32,000 nt of DNA from Bdellovibrionales bacterium (GTDB lineage: Bacteria > Bdellovibrionota > Bdellovibrionia > Bdellovibrionales > UBA1609): contig OY843585.1 of assembly GCA_963692945.1 (NCBI GenBank), positions 1,320,001-1,352,000 of the forward strand. Reading direction: 5' to 3'. The stretch's first letter is position 1. Every line of letters starts with the position of its first letter. Below are positions 1 through 9,116 of this stretch, in pieces. A model generated the notes under the pieces. The model was given only the letters and a program-made list of their open reading frames with translations, ran no database searches and was not told where the DNA came from. The translations under genes were made by a program, and so were the position numbers.

Positions 1-1475
1 TTAGATTTGCCCCAAGCCCTACAGGCTTTCTCCATGTTGGAGGAGCAAGAACGGCTTTATTCAATTATCTATTTGCAAAAAGTCACAAAGGACAATTTGT
101 TTTAAGAATAGAAGATACAGATCAAGAAAGACATCAAGAAAATTCTATCATTTCTATTTTACAAAATTTAAAATGGCTCGGCCTAGATTGGGATGAAGGA
201 CCTTTTTTATCTTCTAAAAATAAATTGATTTATAAAGGTTCTCAGAAATCTTATCGTCAAAGTGAAAGACTAGCTATTTACCAAAAGCAAGCAGAAGACC
301 TTATCCAAAAAGGAGAAGCTTACTACTGTTTTCTATCCCAAGAAGAAGAAACACAAATAAGAAATAAGATAATAGAGGAAGGAAAAACTTACATCCCTTC
401 TAGCCCTTATAGAAATCAAAGTTTAGAAGAATCTCAAAGACGAATCAAAAATGGTGAAAAAGCTTGCATCCGTTTTAAAACGAGCCAAGTGAATAAAAAT
501 TACACTTTAAATGACCTTGTAAGAGGTAAAGTGACTTTTGCTTCTGAAATGGTCGGAGATTTTGTCATTCTCCGATCAGATGGCTACCCTGTTTACAGCT
601 TCTCTTGTGCTATTGATGATGCTCTTATGAAAATAACTCATATTTTTAGAGGGGAAGAACACTTACCTAATACTCTTAAACAAATGCTTATTCATGAAGC
701 CCTTAACTTTCCAACACCACAAACCGGTCATCTTTCTATCATTCTTGGTAAAGATAAGAAAAAACTCAGTAAAAGATCTGGAGCTCAAAGCATTGAGTAT
801 TTTAAAAATGAAGGTTACCTCGCTTCAGCTCTTATTAATTTTTTGGCTCTCTTAGGTTGGAATCCCGGAACAGAACAAGAGTATTTTTCAAAAAAAGAAC
901 TTATAAATACTTTTTCAAAAGAAGGACTCAATCTTTCTGCTGCTGTCTTTGATGAAAACAAACTCCTTTGGTTAAATAAAGAACACATGAAAACATTAGA
1001 TAATAAAGAACTTTGGGGGGATATTCTTCCTTTTTTAGAACAAGAAAAAATAGCTATTGATAAAAGTTGGAGAGAAATTAATAAAATTTTAGAATCCATT
1101 CGTTCAGGTTTTAAAACTTTTAAACAGTCTGTAAGTCTTCTTAAAAATTTTTCAAATTGTTCTGAAGATCGTTTTATCATAAGCAATAAAGCCAAAGAGA
1201 TTTTTAATTGGCCTAAAAGCATCCAAGTTGTAACAAAATGGAAAACTTCTCTAGAGAATCTCTCAAAAGAATACATGAGTCTTGAAGATTTTAAAAATAT
1301 CCAAAAAACAATTCAAACAGAAGTAAAAGTTAAAAGTAAAGAGTTTTTCATGCCTCTTCGTTGTGCTTTAGTAGGAGAACCTGAAGGAATAGAAATTAAA
1401 ATTCTAGTCACCCTTGTAGATAGAAAAGAATTGATTGAAAGAGCTGATAAAGTTTTAAAAAATTTTAAATCCTAG
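1..1475 (+). CDS. gltX: glutamate--tRNA ligase (GluRS), 5' end cut by window edge
   Basis: The ORF-track frame is open from nt 3. Translation there reads RFAPSPTGFLHVGGARTALFNYLFAK..RIEDTDQER, a class I HIGH-type motif (HVGG). It continues into the listed ORF, which has the GluRS core VILRSDGYPVYSFSCAIDD and a KMSKS-type loop KLSKRSG. The TTG at 225 is therefore internal and not the real start. Confidence 0.93.
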   Translation, partial: RFAPSPTGFLHVGGARTALFNYLFAKSHKGQFVLRIEDTDQERHQENSIISILQNLKWLGLDWDEGPFLSSKNKLIYKGSQKSYRQSERLAIYQKQAEDLIQKGEAYYCFLSQEEETQIRNKIIEEGKTYIPSSPYRNQSLEESQRRIKNGEKACIRFKTSQVNKNYTLNDLVRGKVTFASEMVGDFVILRSDGYPVYSFSCAIDDALMKITHIFRGEEHLPNTLKQMLIHEALNFPTPQTGHLSIILGKDKKKLSKRSGAQSIEYFKNEGYLASALINFLALLGWNPGTEQEYFSKKELINTFSKEGLNLSAAVFDENKLLWLNKEHMKTLDNKELWGDILPFLEQEKIAIDKSWREINKILESIRSGFKTFKQSVSLLKNFSNCSEDRFIISNKAKEIFNWPKSIQVVTKWKTSLENLSKEYMSLEDFKNIQKTIQTEVKVKSKEFFMPLRCALVGEPEGIEIKILVTLVDRKELIERADKVLKNFKS

Positions 1476-1478
1476 ATT

Positions 1479-3455
1479 ATGAAAAACTTCAAACTTAAGT
1501 CTTCTTTTAAACCTTCAGGAGATCAACCTAAAGCCATTCAATCTCTCTATGAAAATTTCAAAAAAAATCAAAAGCAACAAACTCTTTTAGGAGTCACAGG
1601 TTCTGGGAAAACTTTTACTATGGCACACATTATAGAAAAATACAATGAGCCTGCTCTTATATTAGCTCCTAACAAAACTCTTGCTGCTCAATTGTTTGTA
1701 GAATTTAAAGAATTGTTTCCTGAAAATGCTGTGGAATATTTTGTAAGTTATTATGATTACTATCAACCCGAAGCCTATATCCCATCTACAAACACATACA
1801 TTCAAAAAGATTCCTCTATCAATGAACAAATTGATTTAATGAGACACTCTGCCACTCGCTCTCTTTTAGAAAGAAAAGATGTTATTATTGTGAGCAGTAT
1901 CTCTTGCATCTATGGTTTAGGAAGTCCTGAACAATATGAAGAGTTGATTATATCTTTAGAAAAAAACCAATCTCTTTCCAGAGATTCATTTCTAAAAAAA
2001 TTAATTAATATACAATACAAAAGAAATGACATTGATTTTCATAGAGGAACTTTCCGTTGTCGTGGAGATATTGTAGAAATTTACCCTGCTTATGAAGAAG
2101 ATTATAGCATCCGCGTTGAGTTCTTTGGTGATTATATTGATTCTATAAAAATCATTGATGCTCTATCTGGCAAAGAAGTCAAAGAATGTCTTGTGATAAA
2201 AATTTATCCAGCAAATCACTATGTAAGCTCTCAAGAAAAAATCAATAGAGCCATTGAAAGCATAAGAGAAGAACTCCAAAAGCATCTTCAAGTTCTAAAA
2301 AAAGAATGTAGAATATCAGAAAAAGAAAGATTGGAACAAAGGACTCTTTATGATTTAGAAATCATTTCAGAAATGGGAACTTGCCCTGGTGTAGAAAACT
2401 ACTCCCTTCATTTCACAGGTCGTAAAACGGGAGAAGCTCCTCCTACTCTTTTGGAATACTTTCCAAAAAAGTTTTTAGCTTTTATTGATGAAAGTCATAT
2501 TACTATTCCTCAAGCTGGTGGTATGTATCGTGGAGATCGTAGTCGGAAATCAACTCTTGTAGAGCATGGCTTTCGCCTTCCTTCTGCTTTAGACAATCGC
2601 CCTCTTAACTTTCAAGAGTTTGAAAAGGCTTTAGACAAAGTCGTTTATGTTTCAGCAACACCAAGTGATTATGAATTAGAAAAAAGTTCCTCTGTAGTGG
2701 AACAAATCATCCGACCAACAGGATTGATTGATCCTAAAATCTCTGTAAGGCCTGTAAAAAATCAAGTGGATGATTTGTTAAATGAAATTAAAAAAAGAAC
2801 TAAGAAAAAAGAAAAAATTCTTGTAACCACTTTAACCAAAAAAATGGCTGAAAAATTAAGTGCCTATTATCAAGGGTTAAATATCAAAGCAAAATATCTT
2901 CATAGTGATATAAAAACGATTGAGAGAACAGAAATCATTCAAGATTTACGGTCTGGTGCCTTTGATGTTTTGATAGGTATCAATTTATTAAGAGAAGGTT
3001 TAGACCTTCCTGAAGTCAGTTTGGTGGCTATCTTTGACAGTGATAAAGAGGGTTTTTTAAGATCTTCAAGGTCTCTCATTCAAACCATTGGACGAGCTGC
3101 AAGAAATATCAATGGTCATGCTATTTTATATGCTGATAAAGTGACAAACTCTATGAAGCAAGCCATAGATGAAACTCAAAGACGAAGAGATATTCAAACG
3201 GAGTATAATAAAAAATACAATATCACACCTACCTCTGTGAAAAAAGATTTAAGAAAAGGTCTTTCTGAAATTTATGGTTTTGATAAATATTTATCAGACT
3301 CTGTAGAAACCTCTTCTTCTAAGGAGATTCATAAAAAAATAGAAGAACTTAAAAAACAAATGAAACTCTATGCTGAAAATCTAAATTTTGAAGAAGCCGC
3401 TCGCCTCAGAGATCGCATCAAAGGTCTTCAAATGAAAGAATTGGAATCAATATGA
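1479..3455 (+). CDS. uvrB: excinuclease ABC subunit B
   Basis: 658 aa. Walker A GVTGSGKT, beta-hairpin region [16 protein letters not shown] box ([10 protein letters not shown]), helicase C motifs (TIGRAARN) and a C-terminal UVR domain ([14 protein letters not shown]). The ATG lies 3 nt after the gltX stop. Confidence 0.97.
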   Translation: MKNFKLKSSFKPSGDQPKAIQSLYENFKKNQKQQTLLGVTGSGKTFTMAHIIEKYNEPALILAPNKTLAAQLFVEFKELFPENAVEYFVSYYDYYQPEAYIPSTNTYIQKDSSINEQIDLMRHSATRSLLERKDVIIVSSISCIYGLGSPEQYEELIISLEKNQSLSRDSFLKKLINIQYKRNDIDFHRGTFRCRGDIVEIYPAYEEDYSIRVEFFGDYIDSIKIIDALSGKEVKECLVIKIYPANHYVSSQEKINRAIESIREELQKHLQVLKKECRISEKERLEQRTLYDLEIISEMGTCPGVENYSLHFTGRKTGEAPPTLLEYFPKKFLAFIDESHITIPQAGGMYRGDRSRKSTLVEHGFRLPSALDNRPLNFQEFEKALDKVVYVSATPSDYELEKSSSVVEQIIRPTGLIDPKISVRPVKNQVDDLLNEIKKRTKKKEKILVTTLTKKMAEKLSAYYQGLNIKAKYLHSDIKTIERTEIIQDLRSGAFDVLIGINLLREGLDLPEVSLVAIFDSDKEGFLRSSRSLIQTIGRAARNINGHAILYADKVTNSMKQAIDETQRRRDIQTEYNKKYNITPTSVKKDLRKGLSEIYGFDKYLSDSVETSSSKEIHKKIEELKKQMKLYAENLNFEEAARLRDRIKGLQMKELESI

Positions 3456-3475
3456 GTCCCTTTAGTTTTTAAAAT

Positions 3476-4627
3476 CTATTTTTCCATTAAAAATAAGAAC
3501 TCAGTGTTTTTTTCTTCTTTTTTTTCAACCCAATCGTAAGTCCATCTCATACCAGACATAACATTGCGTTTGTAATCAATAGAAAACACCTGAGTCTTTT
3601 TACATTGCCTTTCAATGATTTCACAAATTTCTTCTTTGTTAGCCCGTCCTCCGTTACTATAGGACAGCAATATATAGGGAGACGGACACTCTGTAATCAA
3701 TCTTTCAATAGATTGTAAGGCCATAAATTTTCCATCCTTGTTTTTTCTAAATTCTTCAAAAACAGAACCTGCTATTTGATCCTTACAATCTGCTCTGCGA
3801 TTTGTTTTTCCAACTAATTCTGGTTGATCGTTTAAACAAATGGTTTTCCAAATATGATAATAAGAAGCATAACGGACACGAGACGGTGGCATTTTCTCAT
3901 TGTTTGAACCATAAGGAGGGTCAAAATAAGATAAATCCGCTTTGACTTTAGGAAGCACTTTAAAAATATCTTTATTTAGAATTTTATGATTATTCTGCTT
4001 TCTTGCAATCAAAGGCATACAAAGTTTTAAGCTATTAAAAGAACGAGGAGACCATTGTCTAAGATAAGAAGCATAATGCCCTAATGTATTATCCACCTTG
4101 TCCAAAGCAAGTATTAAGCTTGTGAGCAAAACAGAGTGTTCCACAGGATCATCAGCTATTTTATCTATTTCTAGCCTTATAGTATCCAATTTTTTTGTAT
4201 TATGGATTTGCCAGATTTTTTTCTTTCCATCCGAATGAACAGACACTCCTCCGTTGGCTTTTCCTCCATAATATTTTGTAAACCAAGCGGCCTTGCCTTT
4301 TAAGTTATTAAGATAATCTATTTTATCTTGGAGTTGATTGCTTTGCACCCCTTTTAAATAACACTCTCCAAAAACTTTTGACCAAACAGAAATATCATTT
4401 AAAGTCACTTGGTATCCACATTGAGCCAGAGCTTGACTGACTCTTGTTGTGCCTGAAAATCCATCAAAAACATGTTTGACTGGCAAAGGGCGGATAATGG
4501 ATAAAATAGAAGGCAGTAGTTTTAACTTAGAACCACTGTATTTGACTCCCTCTGTTTTAAGCTTTGGAAAATCTTTTTGTTTTGAGTCACCAAAATCAAT
4601 CTTTGTTGTTACATTTGTTTCAAGCAT
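3476..4627 (-). CDS. D12-class (Dam-like, alpha-type) N6-adenine DNA methyltransferase, apparently orphan
   Basis: 383 aa. N-terminal YSGSKLKLLPSI (Dam motif X-like YxGxK), then the AdoMet motif I VFDGFSGTTRV, about 175 aa of putative TRD, and the catalytic motif IV FDPPYGS. The late LLSYSNGG resembles the Dam-family SN motif. The order I-TRD-IV indicates the alpha class. Convergent with uvrB across a 20-nt gap. Confidence 0.85.
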   Translation of the reverse strand: MLETNVTTKIDFGDSKQKDFPKLKTEGVKYSGSKLKLLPSILSIIRPLPVKHVFDGFSGTTRVSQALAQCGYQVTLNDISVWSKVFGECYLKGVQSNQLQDKIDYLNNLKGKAAWFTKYYGGKANGGVSVHSDGKKKIWQIHNTKKLDTIRLEIDKIADDPVEHSVLLTSLILALDKVDNTLGHYASYLRQWSPRSFNSLKLCMPLIARKQNNHKILNKDIFKVLPKVKADLSYFDPPYGSNNEKMPPSRVRYASYYHIWKTICLNDQPELVGKTNRRADCKDQIAGSVFEEFRKNKDGKFMALQSIERLITECPSPYILLSYSNGGRANKEEICEIIERQCKKTQVFSIDYKRNVMSGMRWTYDWVEKKEEKNTEFLFLMEK

Positions 4628-4690
4628 AGATATAAATAAAAATCACTCCAGGAATAACCCAGAGGATGTTATGCAATTCCAACATTTACT

Positions 4691-4903
4691 TTATAATCCG
4701 TTCTTTTGTTTCAGCAATTCATTATGTGCTTGTATGGATTCTTGAACTTTTGGATCTTCCCATAGTTCTTCAGCTGTCGGCCAAGGTTCTGCAGCAGTCC
4801 CTTTTTTACGAAAAAGCCAATTCCCATAACCAGACTTTTGCTCTGTGAGATTTTCATTATCTTCAGATTTTTTTTCTAGCTTGGCTTCATCCTTATTAGA
4901 CAT
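4691..4903 (-). CDS. small hypothetical protein (70 aa), acidic/lysine-rich N-terminus
   Basis: A strong SD precedes the ATG on the minus strand (TAGGAGtttttATG). It is co-oriented between the motor operon and the methyltransferase. I recognise no family. Confidence 0.5.
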   Translation of the reverse strand: MSNKDEAKLEKKSEDNENLTEQKSGYGNWLFRKKGTAAEPWPTAEELWEDPKVQESIQAHNELLKQKNGL

Positions 4904-5017
4904 AAAAACTCCTATTTTTTTGTATATAACTATATAATAAATAAAAAATCAACTCTAACCCGTTTTCTAATCCTACTTAATAAAAATTTTTTATATTTTA
5001 AAGGCAAAATCCTACTA

Positions 5018-5593
5018 TCAATTCACAACTAAAGATTCAGGAGATTTTATAACGGCAAAGTTCATCTCTTTCACACCAGCTACTGTTAAGGTGTACATAA
5101 TTTTTTTAACATCTATAAACTCTGCTGTTTCATCCGCTTGAATTGTAACACGAAAAGGAGTCTTCTTTATAAAATCTTCATCTTTATCTTCAAGATTCAT
5201 TTTTTTCAGTTGGGCAATTAAAAAATTATCTCCACCTTCTTCAGCTCTTTTTAAAAGCTCAACCATCTTGTCTTTTAAAGGAAGAAAAACCCATTGATCC
5301 TTTGAGGTTTTATCTCTCAAAACACCTAAGTCATCTTCATTAAGACGAATCTCCCCCTTAGAAAGAATGACAACATGAGAGGGTTTTAACTCTCTAACTT
5401 CTTTGGCTTGAGGCAAAATAATCTGTTCAGAAATAGGAAGTATTTGATCTGTCACCGCATAATTTTGTAAAAGAAATACCACAAGCACTGTGAACATATC
5501 CACCATAGCTGTTAATTGCAAAATAGCAACAACATCTCTTTTTGTAGAAACAACACCTCGTCCTTTTCTTAAACCGGGAGCGTAAATAGCCAT
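5018..5593 (-). CDS. ExbD/TolR-family proton-channel subunit (AglQ/AglS-like)
   Basis: Single N-terminal TM with the conserved Asp (LQLTAMVDMFTVLVVFLL), then a periplasmic domain. The likely ATG at 5593 overlaps the upstream TGA by 1 nt, and AGGAG lies 7 nt upstream. The track's GTG at 5596 is an alternative start. Confidence 0.85.
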   Translation of the reverse strand: MAIYAPGLRKGRGVVSTKRDVVAILQLTAMVDMFTVLVVFLLQNYAVTDQILPISEQIILPQAKEVRELKPSHVVILSKGEIRLNEDDLGVLRDKTSKDQWVFLPLKDKMVELLKRAEEGGDNFLIAQLKKMNLEDKDEDFIKKTPFRVTIQADETAEFIDVKKIMYTLTVAGVKEMNFAVIKSPESLVVN

Positions 5594-6069
5594 CACTGAA
5601 CTCCTGTTGTTGTAATAGAAACTTGATCAAAACCAGCGATAAGAAGAGAATCCATAGCTTCAATCAAATGCTTATATTGAACTTCGTCTCTCACAGAAGC
5701 AACTCCATCCACTTTCTCAGGATATTTTGTTTTCACTTCTTTCAATTTATCTACAAGAACATCCTTATTATACTGTCCATCGGGACTATTAGGTATAGAG
5801 ACCATGTTCTTTCCAACTACTAAACGAAAACCTTCTGGTAAAACATCAACTCTCAAAACAACCTCAACAAAAGGTGGTGGCTTGATAACTTGTTCTTCTG
5901 TTTTGTTAGAATAAATTGAAGAGCCAAGTTGTATCATAGAAATTTGAGTCCAAACGGCTGTTATCAACAAAAAGATGATACAAACACTCATCAAATCAAT
6001 AAAGGGAACAATGTTCAGATCTACAACTTGCTGTCGTCCACCAGTATTGGGTTTTTCAATATATGCCAC
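5593..6069 (-). CDS. ExbD/TolR-family proton-channel subunit (AglQ/AglS-like)
   Basis: 158 aa. TM with the conserved Asp (LNIVPFIDLMSVCIIFLLI) and an ExbD-like periplasmic domain. GTG start, 31 nt downstream of the ExbB-like gene. Confidence 0.85.
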   Translation of the reverse strand: MAYIEKPNTGGRQQVVDLNIVPFIDLMSVCIIFLLITAVWTQISMIQLGSSIYSNKTEEQVIKPPPFVEVVLRVDVLPEGFRLVVGKNMVSIPNSPDGQYNKDVLVDKLKEVKTKYPEKVDGVASVRDEVQYKHLIEAMDSLLIAGFDQVSITTTGVQ

Positions 6070-6100
6070 AAAGCCCCACTATGATTTAATCAAAATTCTA

Positions 6101-6787
6101 TTAGGATTTCTTATCTATTTTATCTCTATTAGAAACCACAACATTCATAAGGTTCATACTACTTTCCATCATCTCTGTAATAATTCGTCCGATTAAAGTT
6201 TGGAAAACGGCATAACCAACAATAGCAATGATCGCAACAAGCAGTCCAAAGGCCGTACAATTCAAAGCTTCAGAAATACCCTTTGATAACATAGCTGCTT
6301 TTGTTGCAGCATCCGCTTCACTCACACCACTAAAGGATCGTATCAACCCCATAATTGTTCCTAATAGACCAACCAACACACTCACGTTTCCAAAAACAGC
6401 TAAAAAAGCAGTCCAACCTTCTACCTTAGGTGTTTCCCTAAGAACAGAAGCATCCATAGCAACTTGGATTTCTTCATCAGGTCTTTGATTTAAAACCTGA
6501 ACCAATCCCGCTTTCAAAGTATTAGTCAACGGCGACGGAGAACTATCACAATAAGAAATAGCTTGTTGTATATCACCCCTTAAAATCATCCCAAATAAAT
6601 TTTCACTCAGTGAATCTTTATTTATACTCATTTTCTTTAATGTTAAAGCTCGCTCTAAAATAAGAAATAAAGTCAAGAATCCAACAAAGGCAATGAGGTA
6701 CATGATTTGTCCCCCTTCGCAAAACGGTTTCCACAAACCACTTGCACTTTCACACCTCTGCATCAATTCAACTGTTTGTACATCCAT
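6101..6787 (-). CDS. MotA/TolQ/ExbB-family proton channel (AglR-like)
   Basis: Three TM segments and the signature LVGLLGTIMGLIRSF...EALNCTAFGLLVAI. AGGAGG lies 5 nt before the ATG at 6787. The track's GTG at 6790 is too close to the SD. Confidence 0.9.
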   Translation of the reverse strand: MDVQTVELMQRCESASGLWKPFCEGGQIMYLIAFVGFLTLFLILERALTLKKMSINKDSLSENLFGMILRGDIQQAISYCDSSPSPLTNTLKAGLVQVLNQRPDEEIQVAMDASVLRETPKVEGWTAFLAVFGNVSVLVGLLGTIMGLIRSFSGVSEADAATKAAMLSKGISEALNCTAFGLLVAIIAIVGYAVFQTLIGRIITEMMESSMNLMNVVVSNRDKIDKKS

Positions 6788-6805
6788 CACTACCTCCTAG
6801 TGTTA

Positions 6806-8797
6806 TTATATTGAAAAAACAAAACGAAATGCAACTCTTGCTTCCTGCCCAGACGGAGGGGCAGGAAAATTCAATCGTTGTAAAATTTTAGAAACACAAT
6901 CACTCAGTGTCCTACTCCCCACTTTATCATTAATAGGAGTAGCCGATCTCACACTACCATTTGATACAATATTCCACTGCATTGTTAGAGCCCCTTGGAG
7001 AGAAGACTGCTGTTGCAAGCTAATCTGGTAACAATTATTAAATCTAACTTGATTTTGTTTAAGCACTCGCAAAATACCAGCCCTGTCAATTTCACCTTCC
7101 ACATCAATATCATCCTCACCAAATTCAATACTCATACGACCACGACTTCCTAGACCACCCGTCCCTGTTCCAATGAGAGTCCCACCACGACCTTTAGTTT
7201 TAATTCCACTAATACCTACAAGAGAAGACCCTTTACCTCCAGAACCAACAGATTTTGTTTTTGTTCCAATCCCTTCACCTGTATAAGCATCCTTAGTTCC
7301 AGCATAGCCTGTAGAATCTTGAGCCAAACCAACCAATCCTCCAGAACCAGAAGCCCCTTTATCTAATTTATTGAGTTGACCACCACCTCCGAAAACTCCA
7401 AGTAATCCAACTTTACTTGGATCTGGAGCCACGGTTTTAGCAGAAGAACCTTTTTTACCTGTTTTAACAGATCCACCTGGTCGGGTAGAACCTATACGCA
7501 CTTTAGATGTCGTTTTTTTACCCCGACTTTGAGCGATCTTACCAGACCTTTTACCTCTTTTAGGTATACGCGTCCTTTTAACTTTTTTTACAGGAAGTGT
7601 TTTTGGAACACGGATTCGTGGTTTCGTTTTTACAACTTTAGGTTTTTTAGAAACCACTGGTTTTTTATTTTGCCGTCCTAATTTATAATCTACAACAGGA
7701 GCTTTAGGAACTTTGTTAAATTTCACAACGGCAACTCGTATATTTTTTTCTAAAAATGTATCATCCTTAAGCAAAAAAGCAGGACCATAAAATCCAGCAT
7801 AAAAAATAAGAAGAGATGTAAGTAAGATAGATAAAAATAAAGAAACTGTTTCCGAAAAATTCAAATTGAATAAACCTACAAAAGGTGGCTTGCTTGGTTT
7901 TTTAACTATTCGTACATAAACTTTAATGGAATCTTTAAAATCCAGCCGAACCATTTCATAAGGTTTTAATTGGACATTTTGAGCATTCTTAAGAGGATGA
8001 ACCACTCTCGTTGATTTATCCTTACCTTGAATCAAAGCCCCTTGAACTCCATCACTAAAACAAACTTGAGCTCCTCCTACAATATTTAACAATCTGTATT
8101 TTTGAATCCCTAACAGGTTAGGAACAGGAATTTGACAATTTTTTGCACTACCCATATAGATAGTGTCATTTTTATAAAAATGATAAGTGGATAAAACTCT
8201 TTCTTTCCAAGCCACTACAACCTCAACAAGATTACCAATGGAAGGTTCAAGATACTCATCCAAATTTGAAATTTTACTAGGTGGAGCAAAAGTCCTCCAG
8301 TAACCTTTCTTATCAGGCTTTTGGAATTGATTTTTTCCCTTATCATTCCTTAGTGGATTGATTTCTTCTGTAGAAATTTTAGAAACTGAAGGTGAATCCA
8401 GTACTGATTCTTGAGAAAAAGAATCAACTCTAACTTCTTTTTTTACAGACTTAGAAGAAGATTTTTTAGGAGAGGTTTTTTGTTTTTTAACATGGACTTC
8501 TTGAGGAGCACCAATAAAAAAATGAATTTCATAATCTCCAAGAGCGATCTTAGAACCAGAGACAATTTCCATCTCCCCAGTCACTCTATCTCCATTAAGA
8601 TAAGTCCCCTCTTCAGAACCAAGGTCAAAAACAAAATACTTATCTTCTTTTTTTTCTATCAGAACATGCCAAGGATGCAATCCTTCTAGCTGAAGGTTTA
8701 AACCTTCCCCACTTCCTATACTTATTTGATCATCTACAAAAGGTCTCGTTCTTAGAAGAGATCCATGGTGAAAAATTTTTAAAAACAAAGGTTGCAA
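6806..8797 (-). CDS. FHA-domain / TonB-C-like (AgmX/PglI-type tail) envelope-spanning protein, GltG-like
   Basis: N-terminal FHA domain (ISIGSGEG...WHVLIEKKEDKYFVFDLGSEEGTYLNGDRV). One TM (VSLFLSILLTSLLIFYAGFYGPAF). A Lys/Arg-rich then Gly-rich linker. C-terminal domain with the two-Cys pattern of AgmX/PglI tails (RFNNCYQISL...LSDCVSKILQRLNFPAPPSG..RVAFRFVFS). TTG start. Confidence 0.82.
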   Translation of the reverse strand: MQPLFLKIFHHGSLLRTRPFVDDQISIGSGEGLNLQLEGLHPWHVLIEKKEDKYFVFDLGSEEGTYLNGDRVTGEMEIVSGSKIALGDYEIHFFIGAPQEVHVKKQKTSPKKSSSKSVKKEVRVDSFSQESVLDSPSVSKISTEEINPLRNDKGKNQFQKPDKKGYWRTFAPPSKISNLDEYLEPSIGNLVEVVVAWKERVLSTYHFYKNDTIYMGSAKNCQIPVPNLLGIQKYRLLNIVGGAQVCFSDGVQGALIQGKDKSTRVVHPLKNAQNVQLKPYEMVRLDFKDSIKVYVRIVKKPSKPPFVGLFNLNFSETVSLFLSILLTSLLIFYAGFYGPAFLLKDDTFLEKNIRVAVVKFNKVPKAPVVDYKLGRQNKKPVVSKKPKVVKTKPRIRVPKTLPVKKVKRTRIPKRGKRSGKIAQSRGKKTTSKVRIGSTRPGGSVKTGKKGSSAKTVAPDPSKVGLLGVFGGGGQLNKLDKGASGSGGLVGLAQDSTGYAGTKDAYTGEGIGTKTKSVGSGGKGSSLVGISGIKTKGRGGTLIGTGTGGLGSRGRMSIEFGEDDIDVEGEIDRAGILRVLKQNQVRFNNCYQISLQQQSSLQGALTMQWNIVSNGSVRSATPINDKVGSRTLSDCVSKILQRLNFPAPPSGQEARVAFRFVFSI

Positions 8798-8853
8798 TGC
8801 GTTCTCTCTTTTTTAATCTTATTGTAGTGAATAATTCATAACTTTGTTATAAA

Positions 8854-9111
8854 TTATTGAATATCTCCTAAAGTTTCTTTCATTTCAGGTAAAAAGTTTT
8901 TTCTTGGTTTGATGAGTTTTCCATAATTAAGATTTTTCTTTTGATATAAAGTGAAAATACTAGGTCCTAACAATTTTCCTTTAATGTGCAGCTCGTCATC
9001 AAAATTAACATCTACTACTCGGTTTTTGCGTTTAGAAGATTTTTTAGGAGCTCCTTCGCATAAAAAAGGAACTGAAAATAAAACTATAAAAACAGACAGA
9101 TACTTCATCAT
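8854..9111 (-). CDS. small secreted protein (85 aa), positional equivalent of GltF
   Basis: Clear signal peptide (MMKYLSVFIVLFSVPFLCEGA). It sits 5 nt after the upstream stop, between the large TPR gene and the FHA gene. I recognise no motif, so the GltF assignment rests on position only. Confidence 0.5.
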   Translation of the reverse strand: MMKYLSVFIVLFSVPFLCEGAPKKSSKRKNRVVDVNFDDELHIKGKLLGPSIFTLYQKKNLNYGKLIKPRKNFLPEMKETLGDIQ

Positions 9112-9116
9112 AATAA

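Noticed and set aside
815-1276. 153-aa ORF antisense to gltX
   Set aside because: It lies entirely inside a well-supported GluRS coding region on the opposite strand. It has low-complexity composition and no SD. Such ORFs arise by chance in AT-rich DNA.
3476-4627. Complete restriction-modification system
   Set aside because: Only the methyltransferase is present, and the flanking genes (uvrB, a 70-aa ORF, ExbD-like) show no nuclease motifs. It is therefore reported as an orphan MTase.
4449-4848. Plus-strand ORFs 4449-4745 and 4666-4848
   Set aside because: They are antisense to the methyltransferase 5' end and to the SD-bearing 70-aa minus-strand ORF. They have no recognisable motifs or ribosome-binding sites.
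4904-5017. Sigma70-like promoter (TTGATT...TATA-rich -10) upstream of the 70-aa ORF, and a 9-mer direct repeat aatcctact (x2)
   Set aside because: -10/-35-like hexamers are ubiquitous in this AT-rich intergenic DNA and the spacing is ambiguous, so this cannot be supported without transcript mapping.
5427-6488. ORFs 5427-5663(-), 5623-5823(+), 5975-6196(+), 6228-6488(+)
   Set aside because: All overlap the ExbD/ExbB-like genes in alternative frames or on the opposite strand. The motor-gene frames carry the family motifs and the overlapping ORFs do not.
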